This document shows positions 49,787 to 59,802 of a stretch of DNA of 64,000 nucleotides, piece by piece. The notes beneath the pieces are model-generated. The model saw only the letters and a list, made by a program, of their open reading frames with translations, did no database searches and was not told the DNA's origin. Origin of the DNA: a bacterium. Its GTDB lineage: Bacteria; SAR324; XYD2-FULL-50-16. The stretch is from NCBI GenBank assembly GCA_029940215.1, contig JAOZRE010000002.1, positions 1,433 through 65,432 of the forward strand, given 5' to 3'. Each line of letters begins with the position of its first letter. Positions within the stretch are counted from its first letter, which is position 1. The position numbers and the translations under genes were made by a program.

Positions 49787-50119
49787 ATGACATCCAGCAG
49801 ATATGAACACCAGCCACTGGACGAGGAGGTCAGAACCACCGCCGGGCACCAGGTGACCACAGGCGAAGTCCGTCTGCCATTCCAGGACCGGGAGGTTCTG
49901 TATCTGACCGGGTACTCCGTCTTTGATTCCTCCTGATGCGGTACCGGCGGTTGCGGGTACGCCCTGGTCCAGGGCTATGTTAAAAACTGGAAAAACGGAA
50001 GGAGCAGCGGCGGGCTCGAGACAACCGAGTACGTACCGATCCGGGATGAATCGAAGAAAGCAGAGCTGCGCAAAATCATCGATCAGCGGGAAACCGTCCA
50101 GCAGATCAACTTTATGTGA
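49787..50119 (+). CDS. Probable selenoprotein, 110 aa, UGA at codon 50 (U-C-G-T-G-G-C motif); absent from the ORF track
   Basis: AGGAGG RBS at 49775-49780, ATG 49787; MTSSRYEHQPLDEEVRTTAGHQVTTGEVRLPFQDREVLYLTGYSVFDSS-U(TGA 49934-36)-CGTGGCGYALVQGYVKNWKNGRSSGGLETTEYVPIRDESKKAELRKIIDQRETVQQINFM*; downstream hairpin; selB in the window. Confidence 0.75.
49940..49970 (+). promoter_or_regulatory. Candidate bacterial SECIS element
   Basis: Hand-folded hairpin 3' of the UGA: apical GCG-[GGUA]-CGC (loop 49956-59, +20 from UGA), bulged UU on the 5' side, lower pairing GG/CC and ACCG/UGGU. Confidence 0.5.
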
Positions 50120-50330
50120 TTCAGCTAAAAAAAACGTAACCATACAAGCCCCTCCAACGAGGGTATTATGATACAAAACACGCATGGATCCGTCCCTGGA
50201 GCCGAGTGTTTCGTCAGAAACACGTCGGGAAAACCTCCTGTTTTCCAACATTTTGAATCAAAATACCCTCGACTCCGGAAATGTGATGAATAGTTTTAAA
50301 AAACCGACGATAAAGTAAAGGAGATAACTG

Positions 50331-51233
50331 ATGAACAGTGTCTGTGAGATTTTTGGTTGCAAGTATCCAATTATTCAGGGTGCCATGGGGGTTATCTGCA
50401 ATCCCGAATTTGTCGCAGCGGTATCAGAGGCTGGTGGGTTCGGAACCCTGGCATCTTCATTCGCATCCAGCGTCGATATTCTGGAGGAGCAGATCAAGGC
50501 AACCAGAAAGCTGACCAGCAAACCGTTCGGTGTCAACCTCCAGGTAATGAATCCTCTGACACCACAGTTTGTGGATTTGATCGTTGAAAACGGCATTAAG
50601 ACAGTTACGATTTCCGGTGGTTCGCCCAAGACACTGGTTCCGATACTAAAGTCCCACGGACTGAACACAGTCACAGTTGTGCCATCGGTTTCGGTTGCTG
50701 TTAAATCGGAAGTTCTGGGTGTAGATGCTGTTATCGCGGAAGGGTCTGAATCGGGCGGTATCCAGGGATTGACCGGCGCATCTACGATGGTGCTAGTCCC
50801 AGCTGTCGTGGACGCCGTCAGCATTCCGGTTATTGCCGCTGGCGGTATTGCTGATTCCAGGGGATACCGCGCAGCCCTGGCCCTTGGCGCAAGTGGCGTG
50901 CAGGTGGGAACCCGATTCATCGCATCCCGGGAATGCACCGCTCACAGCAATTATAAGGAGGCCATTGTTGCTCAATCAGAAATTGATACCAGGCTCGCGA
51001 ATCTGGGCCCCTTTCAGGTACGGGCGTTGAATACACCGCTGATCGACAAAATCAGGCAGGACCCATCCCTGATTGGGAAAGGATTTTCAGAAGAGGGTTT
51101 GGAAGCATCATGGGTAAAGGGAGACATGGAGGCTGGCCTGTTGCCGGCCGGTGAGAATATTGGGCTGATCCACAATATTCTCAGTGTCACCGAAATTATG
51201 AACGAAATGATCACAGGGGGAGAAAATGGGTAA
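50331..51233 (+). CDS. FabK/nitronate monooxygenase-family flavoprotein
   Basis: YPIIQGAM, KPFGVNL, AEGSESGG, PVIAAGGIAD, GVQVGTRF. Confidence 0.88.
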   Translation: MNSVCEIFGCKYPIIQGAMGVICNPEFVAAVSEAGGFGTLASSFASSVDILEEQIKATRKLTSKPFGVNLQVMNPLTPQFVDLIVENGIKTVTISGGSPKTLVPILKSHGLNTVTVVPSVSVAVKSEVLGVDAVIAEGSESGGIQGLTGASTMVLVPAVVDAVSIPVIAAGGIADSRGYRAALALGASGVQVGTRFIASRECTAHSNYKEAIVAQSEIDTRLANLGPFQVRALNTPLIDKIRQDPSLIGKGFSEEGLEASWVKGDMEAGLLPAGENIGLIHNILSVTEIMNEMITGGENG

Positions 51234-52035
51234 TGAGAGCATTCGTGTTGAACAGATAGGGAATATCGCATACCTGTACCTGAACCGGCCTGAAAAGCAC
51301 AACGCCATGAAGATTTCATTTTTTAGTGAGATGGCCACACAGTTCAAAGTGTTTGACCGAGACCCGTCGGTGCATGCTATTGTCATCAAAGGCGAAGGGA
51401 AAAGCTTTACTGTAGGACTGGATCTGTTTGATGCTGGCCCTAACCTTCTTGGCAGTGATACCGGTGCAGCGGCCCGCGAACACTTGAGGGTTCATATACT
51501 GGATCTGCAAGAGGGTATGAACCAGATCGAAAAATGCCGTAAACCCGTCATTGCTGCCGGTCATGGAAACTGCATCGGTGGTGCCATTGATCTGATGAGT
51601 GCCTGCGATATTCGACTTGCCTGTAAAGACGCCATTTTCAGCATTCGTGAAACCAGGATAGCAATTGTTGCCGACGTGGGGACCCTCCAGCGCCTGCCTC
51701 ATATTATCGGACAGGGTTGGGCCCGCGAGTTGGCTCTGACCGGAAGGGATTTTACAGCTGCAGATGCACTGAATATGGGTTTTATTACCCATCTCTGTGA
51801 CACAAGAGAGGAACTCTACCGGAAAGCAGATGAAATTGCTGAGGAGATTGCAGCCAATGCAACACTGGCCGTCCAGGGCGTTAAGGATGTGATGAATTTC
51901 AGTCGCGATAATGGGGTGTACTCAGGCCTCGAATACGTCGCACAGAAAAACGCCGCAGCTGTTATGTCGGAAGATCTGGCCGAGGCGGTAACGGCATTTA
52001 TGGAAAAGCGGGCACCAACGTTCAAGGGGAATTAA
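51226..52035 (+). CDS. Enoyl-CoA hydratase/isomerase (crotonase superfamily)
   Basis: LNRPEKHNA, FTVGLDL, KPVIAA..GNCIGG, ADVGTLQRLP (ECH1-like). Confidence 0.9.
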   Translation: MGNESIRVEQIGNIAYLYLNRPEKHNAMKISFFSEMATQFKVFDRDPSVHAIVIKGEGKSFTVGLDLFDAGPNLLGSDTGAAAREHLRVHILDLQEGMNQIEKCRKPVIAAGHGNCIGGAIDLMSACDIRLACKDAIFSIRETRIAIVADVGTLQRLPHIIGQGWARELALTGRDFTAADALNMGFITHLCDTREELYRKADEIAEEIAANATLAVQGVKDVMNFSRDNGVYSGLEYVAQKNAAAVMSEDLAEAVTAFMEKRAPTFKGN

Positions 52036-52111
52036 CATAGCGGAGTAGAGTCGTTCCTGCTGTTGTAGCATGGAACAGCGTTCTGGAAGGGGTACTGAAA
52101 AATTTGTGTTC

Positions 52112-52504
52112 TTAAGCGGAGCGTTCCTTCAACAGCAATTCTATGGTATCCACAAAATGGGTTAAATCGTGCTGAGGCTTGTAGAAAACATGTTCGGGCT
52201 TAATGCCCACAGCCAGGAGCTCGACTGACAGACGATAATCCACTGAGCCGGTATGAATAAGAAAGCGGATCCCCGGGACGAGTTGGTCAACCTCCTGAAT
52301 AAACGCATCCCCGTTCATTCCGGGAAGTCGCAAGTCGACTATGGCGATATCATACGGGTCCTTTCGCAGCAGGTTCATTGCCTGCTCGGCGCTGTCAGCT
52401 GAAGAGACGCTATAGTCACCATCCTCCAGAAAACCTGCCAGGCTTTCCCTGATAAAGGGCTCATCATCGATTATCAGTACTTTTACGTCTGAACGGTCTG
52501 CCAT
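52112..52504 (-). CDS. Single-domain response regulator
   Basis: VLIIDDE, IVDLRLPGMNG, HTG, KP. Confidence 0.88.
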   Translation of the reverse strand: MADRSDVKVLIIDDEPFIRESLAGFLEDGDYSVSSADSAEQAMNLLRKDPYDIAIVDLRLPGMNGDAFIQEVDQLVPGIRFLIHTGSVDYRLSVELLAVGIKPEHVFYKPQHDLTHFVDTIELLLKERSA

Positions 52505-52904
52505 TTTCCTTCGTGTCTGATAGTCAGTCTATTTGATAGAAGCTTGCCGGTTTACATCTCGAGTTGTTTTTCTTCAACCGTCATAGAAAAAATATTATGA
52601 AACGATATCCTGAATCCAAAATAACCCTCCAATGTTACTTCGATGAATATCACAGCTCAGGAGAAACATCAAACTTTTTAGACCTGAAATAAAAGTCCTC
52701 TTAAACTTTTCCCTCTAATATAGCCTTTATATTCAACCGATTATCATATTTTACACCGAGTACAAAATCCAGGATGAATTGCCCAATTCCACCTGAAAAT
52801 GTTACGCTCAGGACCGGATTATAAACCCTTTTTTCAGGGGTTGTGATAGCACCCGGCAGCCCTGAAATCGCCTTACGAAAACCGGTTGGACTCAACAGGA
52901 AAGC

Positions 52905-53852
52905 ATGAATCGTTTCTGTTATGACATTTTCAAATCAAGCCTTGCCGAAGGCCTGATCCAGCCTCACGATAAGATCATCATCAGTCTCAGTGGTGGAATC
53001 GACTCAATGAGCCTCTCCTGCCTGCTATCCGATTTCAGGGAGAAAATCGAACTGGACCTTCACTGGGTTCACTTTAACCACGGTTTGAGACCTGAAAGTG
53101 TAGGGGAGGCCCTGTTTATCAGTGAACTGTCACATCAAAAGGGAATCCCGGTTACAATTGTCAAGACCGATCGGCTTAGCGGACACAAAGGGATGCAGAA
53201 CCAGGCACGTGACTGGCGCTACGAAAATCTTGAGCGAACCAGGCAGGAGCTTGGGTTTGACAAGATCGCCCTGGGGCATCATTTGAATGATCTGGTTGAG
53301 ACCCAGATCTGGCGTTTAGTGCGGGGAGGATCACTTTTTTCTTTCAATCCCATTCTCAAAAAAAACCTTCCTTATATCCGCCCCCTCCTGCATATTCCCA
53401 AGCTGGAGCTTGAATCATATCTAAAAGAAATTGGGCAGGCGTGGTGTGAGGATGCCTCCAACACAGAAAATGACTATACGCGCAATCTGATCCGTAACCA
53501 GTTGATACCCATCATGCAGACATGCGCCGGCGGAAAACTGGAAGAAAAATTACTGGCACTTGACCATGATGCTCGACTACTGAAAGCACTCTTCCAGGAA
53601 AGTGTACCATCAGAACAGTTTGAATGTGACAGGCTGGCATACAGTGACATTAATGCTTACCCCCCACTTCTGGCCTGCGAATTGATCCATCGCTACCTGC
53701 TCCACAATGGACAGACTGAAATCAATCGGAACAATATCGAACTGATCCTCAAACAGGTGCAGTCCAATAGGGGAAACTGGTCAATCAACCTGAAAGATGG
53801 TGTACAGATTTCGGGGCGACATAAAACAATCACCATCGGTAAATCATCTTGA
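52905..53852 (+). CDS. tilS: tRNA(Ile)-lysidine synthetase
   Basis: SGGIDS PP-loop, HFNHGLR, ARDWRY, HHLND..ET, RPLL, EDASN..YTRNLIR. Confidence 0.92.
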   Translation: MNRFCYDIFKSSLAEGLIQPHDKIIISLSGGIDSMSLSCLLSDFREKIELDLHWVHFNHGLRPESVGEALFISELSHQKGIPVTIVKTDRLSGHKGMQNQARDWRYENLERTRQELGFDKIALGHHLNDLVETQIWRLVRGGSLFSFNPILKKNLPYIRPLLHIPKLELESYLKEIGQAWCEDASNTENDYTRNLIRNQLIPIMQTCAGGKLEEKLLALDHDARLLKALFQESVPSEQFECDRLAYSDINAYPPLLACELIHRYLLHNGQTEINRNNIELILKQVQSNRGNWSINLKDGVQISGRHKTITIGKSS

Positions 53853-55024
53853 ATAACAGTTACAAGCAGCGGAAATGTCCGCCCGGTTTGAACAGCACCT
53901 ATTTCCTGCTACTGATATTGATTCTGGTATCAAGCACAACATTCCCACTGCAGGCTGCTTATCAGAACCCCATCTTGAATGTCTTACTGGTTGATTCCTC
54001 CGCCGGTCTGTTCATCTCAAATCCAAAGGGACTGACACTCAGCAGAAACGGAACTGTCATCGGCTCGGCTGAACAGGTTATGATCACTCCTGATAGTCCA
54101 CATCGCCTGCTGATCAACAAGAAACTGAAAAACAAAGGGGTGATTACCATCACCACCACAGGTGAAACCAGCGTACTGAACCTGGACTCCCACCTGAAGA
54201 GGCGGTACCTGGGCACATTCACGATCAAACCTTTCAAAGGAGGATTGCACCTGATTAACCATATCCCAACCGAATCCTACCTGGAAGGGGTCCTGAACGC
54301 TGAAATCAGTACACGCTGGCATATGGAGGTTGTTAAGGCCCAGGCGGTCATCTCAAGAACCTTCGCTCTCTTCAAGCGACAGAAACAATCCCAGCAACCC
54401 TGGCACCTATCAGCTGATCACTTCGATCAGGTATACAAGGGCACCGATATCGCTGATGAGAGGGGGAAATCAGCCATCCTCGCAACCACCGGCATTGTCG
54501 TTGGATTCCGGGGGCAACTGGCACAGACATTCTATCATTCAAACTGTGGCGGTATGACCGCTGATCCTGGTAATGTCTGGCAATATAAACTGCCCTACCT
54601 GAAAATCAGGGAGGTCCCCTTTGGCAATAAGGATCCGCGATACCACTGGCAGGCAACCATCAAAAACCGGGAAATGGTGAGAATTTTCAAAAGTGCAGGG
54701 ATCCCGATCAACCATGTCGGTACGCTTGCCATCAGCAAACGGACCCGGTCAAACCGGGTCCATGAGTTGACCATCACAGGCTCGACAAGCCACACCCTCT
54801 CAGGAAATGGATTCAGGAAAGCCGCAGGATACAAGCGTATTCAAAGCCTACTCTTTAACATCAATCGGATTCCTGAAGGATTCCAGTTCCGGGGTACCGG
54901 AAACGGACACGGAGTTGGACTCAGCCAATGGTCAGCCAAGGAGATGGCGGAGGAGGGATATAAATACCATGAAATTCTCTATTATTTCTACGAAGGTATT
55001 GAGCTGATGAGGCATCAGGAGTAG
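53849..55024 (+). CDS. SpoIID/LytB-domain protein
   Basis: ESYLEGV..E, KAQAVISRT, QVYKG, FYHSNCGG, GHGVGLSQW; start uncertain. Confidence 0.88.
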   Translation: MNNSYKQRKCPPGLNSTYFLLLILILVSSTTFPLQAAYQNPILNVLLVDSSAGLFISNPKGLTLSRNGTVIGSAEQVMITPDSPHRLLINKKLKNKGVITITTTGETSVLNLDSHLKRRYLGTFTIKPFKGGLHLINHIPTESYLEGVLNAEISTRWHMEVVKAQAVISRTFALFKRQKQSQQPWHLSADHFDQVYKGTDIADERGKSAILATTGIVVGFRGQLAQTFYHSNCGGMTADPGNVWQYKLPYLKIREVPFGNKDPRYHWQATIKNREMVRIFKSAGIPINHVGTLAISKRTRSNRVHELTITGSTSHTLSGNGFRKAAGYKRIQSLLFNINRIPEGFQFRGTGNGHGVGLSQWSAKEMAEEGYKYHEILYYFYEGIELMRHQE

Positions 55025-55042
55025 AACGCGACGAATCCCCTA

Positions 55043-55717
55043 TCACATACTGCGACTCAGCGTCAGTACATGCACTTCAGCCACACCGGCTTTTTTAAGG
55101 CTACTACACACCTCCCCCAGCGTCTGTCCTGTCGTACAGACGTCATCAAAAACCAGCAGTTTTTTCGATTCAACCACCGTTTTCACAGCGAAGGATCCCT
55201 GCACGTTCTCCCTGCGCGCTTTACCCGTCAAGCCGGCCTGCTGAGGTGTAAACCGGCTTTTCTTCAACCAGCCGGTTTTCAGTGGCAGCACTCGTTGGGC
55301 TTTTAAAAGGAAGGCCGTCTGGTTAAACCCACGCTGCCTAAGCCGCAGCGAATGAATCGGAACCGGCAACACAGCATCCAGACCACTGACACGGCTTGCA
55401 TGCTCTTTAAACCATCTGGTGACGAACTCACGCAGGAGTCTGCCAGCGAATAAGCCGCTGGAATACTTATGGTTAACAATCCAGTGGTGAACAGGATCCC
55501 GGTAGTAAAATATTGACTGGAAGGAGTCAATCGATTTTGCCCAGGACTCCCGGCAATCATCTGTTCTGTGCTTCAAACCACATTTGTTGCAAATAGGGGT
55601 ATCGATAACCGGCAGTTGGTCAAGACAGCTGGAACAAAGAAGAGCTGTTGGAAAACGAAGGGGTTTGGAGATAAATCGACGGCAGTGAAAACACCATGAA
55701 GGCAGAAGATATATCAT
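55043..55717 (-). CDS. comF: ComF-family protein (zinc ribbon + phosphoribosyltransferase domain)
   Basis: CxxC pairs, PVPIH..RQRGFNQ, VFDDVCTTGQT. Confidence 0.88.
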   Translation of the reverse strand: MIYLLPSWCFHCRRFISKPLRFPTALLCSSCLDQLPVIDTPICNKCGLKHRTDDCRESWAKSIDSFQSIFYYRDPVHHWIVNHKYSSGLFAGRLLREFVTRWFKEHASRVSGLDAVLPVPIHSLRLRQRGFNQTAFLLKAQRVLPLKTGWLKKSRFTPQQAGLTGKARRENVQGSFAVKTVVESKKLLVFDDVCTTGQTLGEVCSSLKKAGVAEVHVLTLSRSM

Positions 55718-55834
55718 ATGCCCCCGGTGGTCAGAAAGAACCGGCGGCTATAAAAGCTGACCAGTCCTGATCTGAAGTCGGCAACTGTTTCCTCAAAGCG
55801 GAGAATAGTACCAGAAGATTTTGTGGGAAAATGC

Positions 55835-56044
55835 TTAGAGGACAGCCCGTGCGCGAGCCTGTGCCCGTTTCCTGTCCTTATGTCTTGTTTTTTCAGCATC
55901 TTCACGCTTCATCCTGTCCTTGATACTCGGCTTGAAGTAGTATCTACGCTTTTTCAGTTCCTTGAAAACACCTTCCCTGATTAACATTCGCTTCAGTTCC
56001 CTCATCGATCGTTCTATCTGATTGTTAATCACTTTTACTTCCAT
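55835..56044 (-). CDS. rpsU: 30S ribosomal protein S21
   Basis: EG.FKELKKRRYYFKPS pattern, 69 aa, basic; AGGA RBS. Confidence 0.9.
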   Translation of the reverse strand: MEVKVINNQIERSMRELKRMLIREGVFKELKKRRYYFKPSIKDRMKREDAEKTRHKDRKRAQARARAVL

Positions 56045-56245
56045 ATCGTCCTATTCTTTTTGTTTGTTTAAGGTTGAAATTGCGCCTCTTTTTCGAGCTA
56101 ATTTTTCATTTGATCATTATTCAGAGAAACAGTCAATAATATTCTTAATAGTTCTTTAATTTCAAAGGCTAATATATCACAGCATATACTATCTACCAAC
56201 CGGCTCACAGTTGCGAAGGTCAACTGAACGGGTAAATAGGTTCCC

Positions 56246-57004
56246 CTAGGTAGCCAGAGCCTGTGCTTCAATAATTTTCGGGTAAATCAAGTCCAGTGCT
56301 CTTTTATAATGAGTTGGATCATCGATTTCGGTCCAGATCACATCTTCTACCTTCAGATAGCGAATCGGCATCCGCTCTGACAGAGCTGAGAAACAGTCCT
56401 CATAGTGAAAATTGGATGGAAAACGAATCTCCCGGTTATAGAACTCACACATTTTCTCGTACAGGTCTGTTGAAATTTTTGAAATCCCCACCAGTTCCCC
56501 CTGACTGATAAAATCCGGATGTTTCTCTTTGGCGATATATTTGATCAGGCCGTCTTCTCCATGGACGTAAACTTCGTCACCGGAGTGGGTCGCTCCGGAA
56601 ATCAGAACAGCCTCATCACCTGGATCTTCGAGCAGGGATGAGATGCAGCGATCTTCATACAGCAAGTCTGATTCCAGAAGGAGGAAATCCGACCGGAGCT
56701 GTTCCCGGGCAAGAAGCAGCGAATGCATGCTGCCAGTTTCCGCATAATCCGGGTTCTGAACATATTTAATATCGGGGAAAGCCTCTTTCAGTGTCTCAAT
56801 ATACTTCTCCCTCATATAACCAAGCACCATTGTGATATCGGTGATACCGTGATTTATCAGGCATTCGAGCGAACGCCAGACCAGTTCTTTTCCGTCGATG
56901 GCCAGCAATCCCTTCGGCTTGTCATCGATTATTTCCCGCAACCGCTGCCCCATGCCTGCAGCGAGAATGACAGCGGATGTTATCTTTTTTCCTTTTTCAG
57001 TCAT
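56246..57004 (-). CDS. LicC/PntC-type cytidylyltransferase
   Basis: ILAAGMGQRL, PKGLL, NPDY..GSMHS, LESD, WTEIDD. Confidence 0.85.
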   Translation of the reverse strand: MTEKGKKITSAVILAAGMGQRLREIIDDKPKGLLAIDGKELVWRSLECLINHGITDITMVLGYMREKYIETLKEAFPDIKYVQNPDYAETGSMHSLLLAREQLRSDFLLLESDLLYEDRCISSLLEDPGDEAVLISGATHSGDEVYVHGEDGLIKYIAKEKHPDFISQGELVGISKISTDLYEKMCEFYNREIRFPSNFHYEDCFSALSERMPIRYLKVEDVIWTEIDDPTHYKRALDLIYPKIIEAQALAT

Positions 57005-57034
57005 AAGTTGTTCATTGTGATGGCAATCCCTGCC

Positions 57035-58195
57035 TTACTTTGTGGTCAGGTGGTTCATCAGCCTTGTTTTTACCTCGAAAGGCTTGATTTTAGGCCTCCC
57101 CAGTCCATCAGGGGAGCCCTTTTGAATACGAAAATGGATCAGGGCCGGTCCACTGTCAACCGCAAGATTTTCAAGGATGGTGTCCAGGTCGTCTTCGCTG
57201 TCGGCTGAAAACACTTGTCGATAACCACAGGCCAGCGCCACAGCAGAAAAGGACACGTTCGGGCTGACTGTTGTCTGTCCACCGGTGGAGTCGTTAATCT
57301 CATTATCGAGGATAATGTGCAGAAAATTTGCAGGTTGAAAATATCCAGCTGATGCCAGGTTTCCCAATCGCATCAGTGCCGCTGCGTCCCCATCGATCAC
57401 CACCCACCGTTTTCCGGGACAGCAGATTGCCGCACCGAGGCTGAAAGATGAGGCACATCCCATGGACCCAACCATGTACAGTTGATCCGGTGTGTCCGCC
57501 AGCGTATACAGTTCTCTCCCGGTTTTGCCTGTTGTCGCCACCAGAATATCATCCGGTTGTTTGAATTTCAGGATGGACCTTAACGCCTCTGTCCGGGTCA
57601 GGCGGTCATTGTATGGTTTACCGATAGTTTCAGTATAGTTAAAGGATCGGTCGCCTGTCGGCAACTCCGGACTACGGGTCTTCAAATCCTGCGGTTCAAT
57701 AGTGCCCTTGCGAAGCACAAAGGCATATGGAAGCTCAGTCTCTGTCATGTGATCCAGTGCCCTTTGGAATGCCCCATCCAGCTTATCTAAATCATCCGGG
57801 AAATGTTCCCACCTGATTGTCAACGTATCCAGCATCTCCTCGGTCACCTTCCCCATCAGTTCATGCTGTGGCTCATCTGCCGGTCCCCCCGGCTGCCCCC
57901 GGTGGGTCACAATCATGATAAACGGAAAGCGAAAGGGAAACGAGAGTGAGGTCAGTGGATTAACAGCATTGCCCAAACCGGAATTCTGGAACATCACTAC
58001 CCCTTGCCGTCCGGTCAGGTAAGCCCCACATATCATCCCAACTGCATCCCCTTCATTGGTGGCGGGAAGGTATTGAATATCAGGGCTATCGATCACGGCA
58101 TTGATCAGCGGTTTCAGGTAGGAGCAGGGCGTTCCGGAAAACAGGTCCACCCGGTGTTGTTTGCACAGCTGCAGAAAGTCGTCAGCTTTAATCAT
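57035..58195 (-). CDS. ppd: Phosphonopyruvate decarboxylase
   Basis: GTPCSYL, NEGDA, QNSGLGNAVNPL, DEPQH, GSMG, DGD..N thiamine-diphosphate motif; adjacent to pepM. Confidence 0.92.
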   Translation of the reverse strand: MIKADDFLQLCKQHRVDLFSGTPCSYLKPLINAVIDSPDIQYLPATNEGDAVGMICGAYLTGRQGVVMFQNSGLGNAVNPLTSLSFPFRFPFIMIVTHRGQPGGPADEPQHELMGKVTEEMLDTLTIRWEHFPDDLDKLDGAFQRALDHMTETELPYAFVLRKGTIEPQDLKTRSPELPTGDRSFNYTETIGKPYNDRLTRTEALRSILKFKQPDDILVATTGKTGRELYTLADTPDQLYMVGSMGCASSFSLGAAICCPGKRWVVIDGDAAALMRLGNLASAGYFQPANFLHIILDNEINDSTGGQTTVSPNVSFSAVALACGYRQVFSADSEDDLDTILENLAVDSGPALIHFRIQKGSPDGLGRPKIKPFEVKTRLMNHLTTK

Positions 58196-58197
58196 GT

Positions 58198-59802
58198 CTA
58201 AAACTCGTTAGCGATAGTCAAGTCGGAAATCTGGTTCACATCGACCCAGTGCCCGGAAATGTATTGCACCTTGACCTTTGTTCCTTGTTGAATAAAGTGA
58301 TCAATCAGGTCTCTGATATCCAGCTTGCCGAATTCAGGGCTTTCCTGCTGTTGTTCGATAAAGGCCTGAGCCTGTTTTCCAGCTTTTGGTGACAGTTTCA
58401 TCACCCCGATAAATTCGCCGCTGTGGCTATCATCAGCTGCTGTGAAGGCGATTTTGTCGGCGTAGCTTTCTTCTGCAAAATAGGATTGATGATCCGGTTG
58501 GGTAGCAACCACGAAGTCGGACTCAACTGTACTACTTCGGTCAACCTTGGAGTCAACGACGATCACCACATCTTCAGGATCCTCGATGGCAAATTGCAGA
58601 ATATACTTTTTAAAGAGAATATCGCCAAAAATGATCAGCGTGGATTGATCCAGTTGGTCGACTGCAGCGGCAAGCGATGACATCTGCCCCGTTTCCTCAT
58701 ACTGTTCATTGACCACCACGTTGAGGTTTGGAAGGTTGATGGCTTCGGCTTTATATCCCGCCACCACGGTAATATTCTTGATTTCATACTCGTTCAGATG
58801 CGAAACCGTACGTTCCAGGATACTCTTCTTGCCGATTTTTAGCATGGTTTTGGGAATATCACCTGTCAGATGGCCCAGCAGTTTACCCCGTGTGGCGGCC
58901 AACACCACAGCCTTGATCGGGTTCTTGGCCTGCTGACTGAGATACCGTTTTTCCGCATCCGCAATCTCCTGATCATCCTGAAGTCTGAATATCTCTTTGA
59001 CCGGGACAATCATATCCTCAACAGTGAGCAGGTTCTCATCGGCATGAATCTGCCCGGCAACTTCCTGCATTTTGGCAATGCTGCCTCGAATCAAGTGATT
59101 TGCCCAGATAACCAGCGATACATTTTTGCGGCGAAAATCATCCGTCGGGGTTGTGTAGTATTTTGTCGGTACCAGAACAACAGGTGACCGGTTGTCCCAT
59201 TCTTTCAGGAACGAGAATATCTCGCTGCTGTTATTGAGCTTACTGTGCATTAAAATTGCGTCCGCTCCAGCCTGTCGATAGGCTTCCGCCCTTTCAAGCG
59301 CTGCTTTCAGACCCCAGCCGGCGATGAATGCCTCAACCCTTGCCACGATCACAAAATCGTCATCCAACTGACTGTCCTTTCCTGCCTTTATTTTACCACT
59401 GAATTCATCAATATTAGCCAGTGGCTGTTTATCACCCCGCAGAAAACTGTTCGTTTTGGGGAAGATCTTATCCTCGATGCAGACACCGCCAGCTCCTCGT
59501 TGACAGAGTTTTTTAACCAGCCGGCGCATATTATTGAAATTCCCATACCCGGTATCGCCATCCAGCAGAATCGGTATCGATGTGGCGTCACTCATGAATT
59601 CAACAACATCCAGAACCTGGGTCCAGCTTGCCTCATTGTTATCCCGAACACCCAGGGAGGCAGAGATTCCCAGACCACTTCCCCAAATCCCCTTGAAGCC
59701 GGCCTCTTCAACTATTTTTGCTGACAAACCGTCATGGGCTTCCATGATAAATTCAAGCTGGTCGTTTTCAATCAGCTGTCTTAACTGAGTTGTTTTTCTC
59801 AT
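58198..59802 (-). CDS. pepM: Phosphoenolpyruvate mutase fused to a C-terminal nucleotidyltransferase domain
   Basis: Diagnostic [10 protein letters not shown] (EDK-X5-NS) motif, DGDTG, VPTKY, IWANH; C-terminal VLAATRG..PKTML..FGD domain; start moved to ATG 59802. Confidence 0.95.
   Translation of the reverse strand: MRKTTQLRQLIENDQLEFIMEAHDGLSAKIVEEAGFKGIWGSGLGISASLGVRDNNEASWTQVLDVVEFMSDATSIPILLDGDTGYGNFNNMRRLVKKLCQRGAGGVCIEDKIFPKTNSFLRGDKQPLANIDEFSGKIKAGKDSQLDDDFVIVARVEAFIAGWGLKAALERAEAYRQAGADAILMHSKLNNSSEIFSFLKEWDNRSPVVLVPTKYYTTPTDDFRRKNVSLVIWANHLIRGSIAKMQEVAGQIHADENLLTVEDMIVPVKEIFRLQDDQEIADAEKRYLSQQAKNPIKAVVLAATRGKLLGHLTGDIPKTMLKIGKKSILERTVSHLNEYEIKNITVVAGYKAEAINLPNLNVVVNEQYEETGQMSSLAAAVDQLDQSTLIIFGDILFKKYILQFAIEDPEDVVIVVDSKVDRSSTVESDFVVATQPDHQSYFAEESYADKIAFTAADDSHSGEFIGVMKLSPKAGKQAQAFIEQQQESPEFGKLDIRDLIDHFIQQGTKVKVQYISGHWVDVNQISDLTIANEF

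Noticed and set aside
49766..50251. Track ORFs 49766..50251 (-, 161 aa) and 49923..50171 (+, 82 aa)
   Set aside because: No convincing RBS or motifs; best explained as shadows of the RBS-led UGA-containing frame at 49787..50119.
28968..52035. Resemblance to a steroid C/D-ring (IpdAB/IpdC/KstR2-type) catabolic cluster
   Set aside because: Family content overlaps, but the CoA-transferase B subunit keeps the canonical ESG glutamate of ordinary family I transferases and nothing steroid-specific is visible; the substrate cannot be assigned.
52905..53852. TilS looks short (315 aa), possible truncation
   Set aside because: Catalytic motifs are intact and short TilS forms lacking the C-terminal domain are known; no frameshifted continuation seen.
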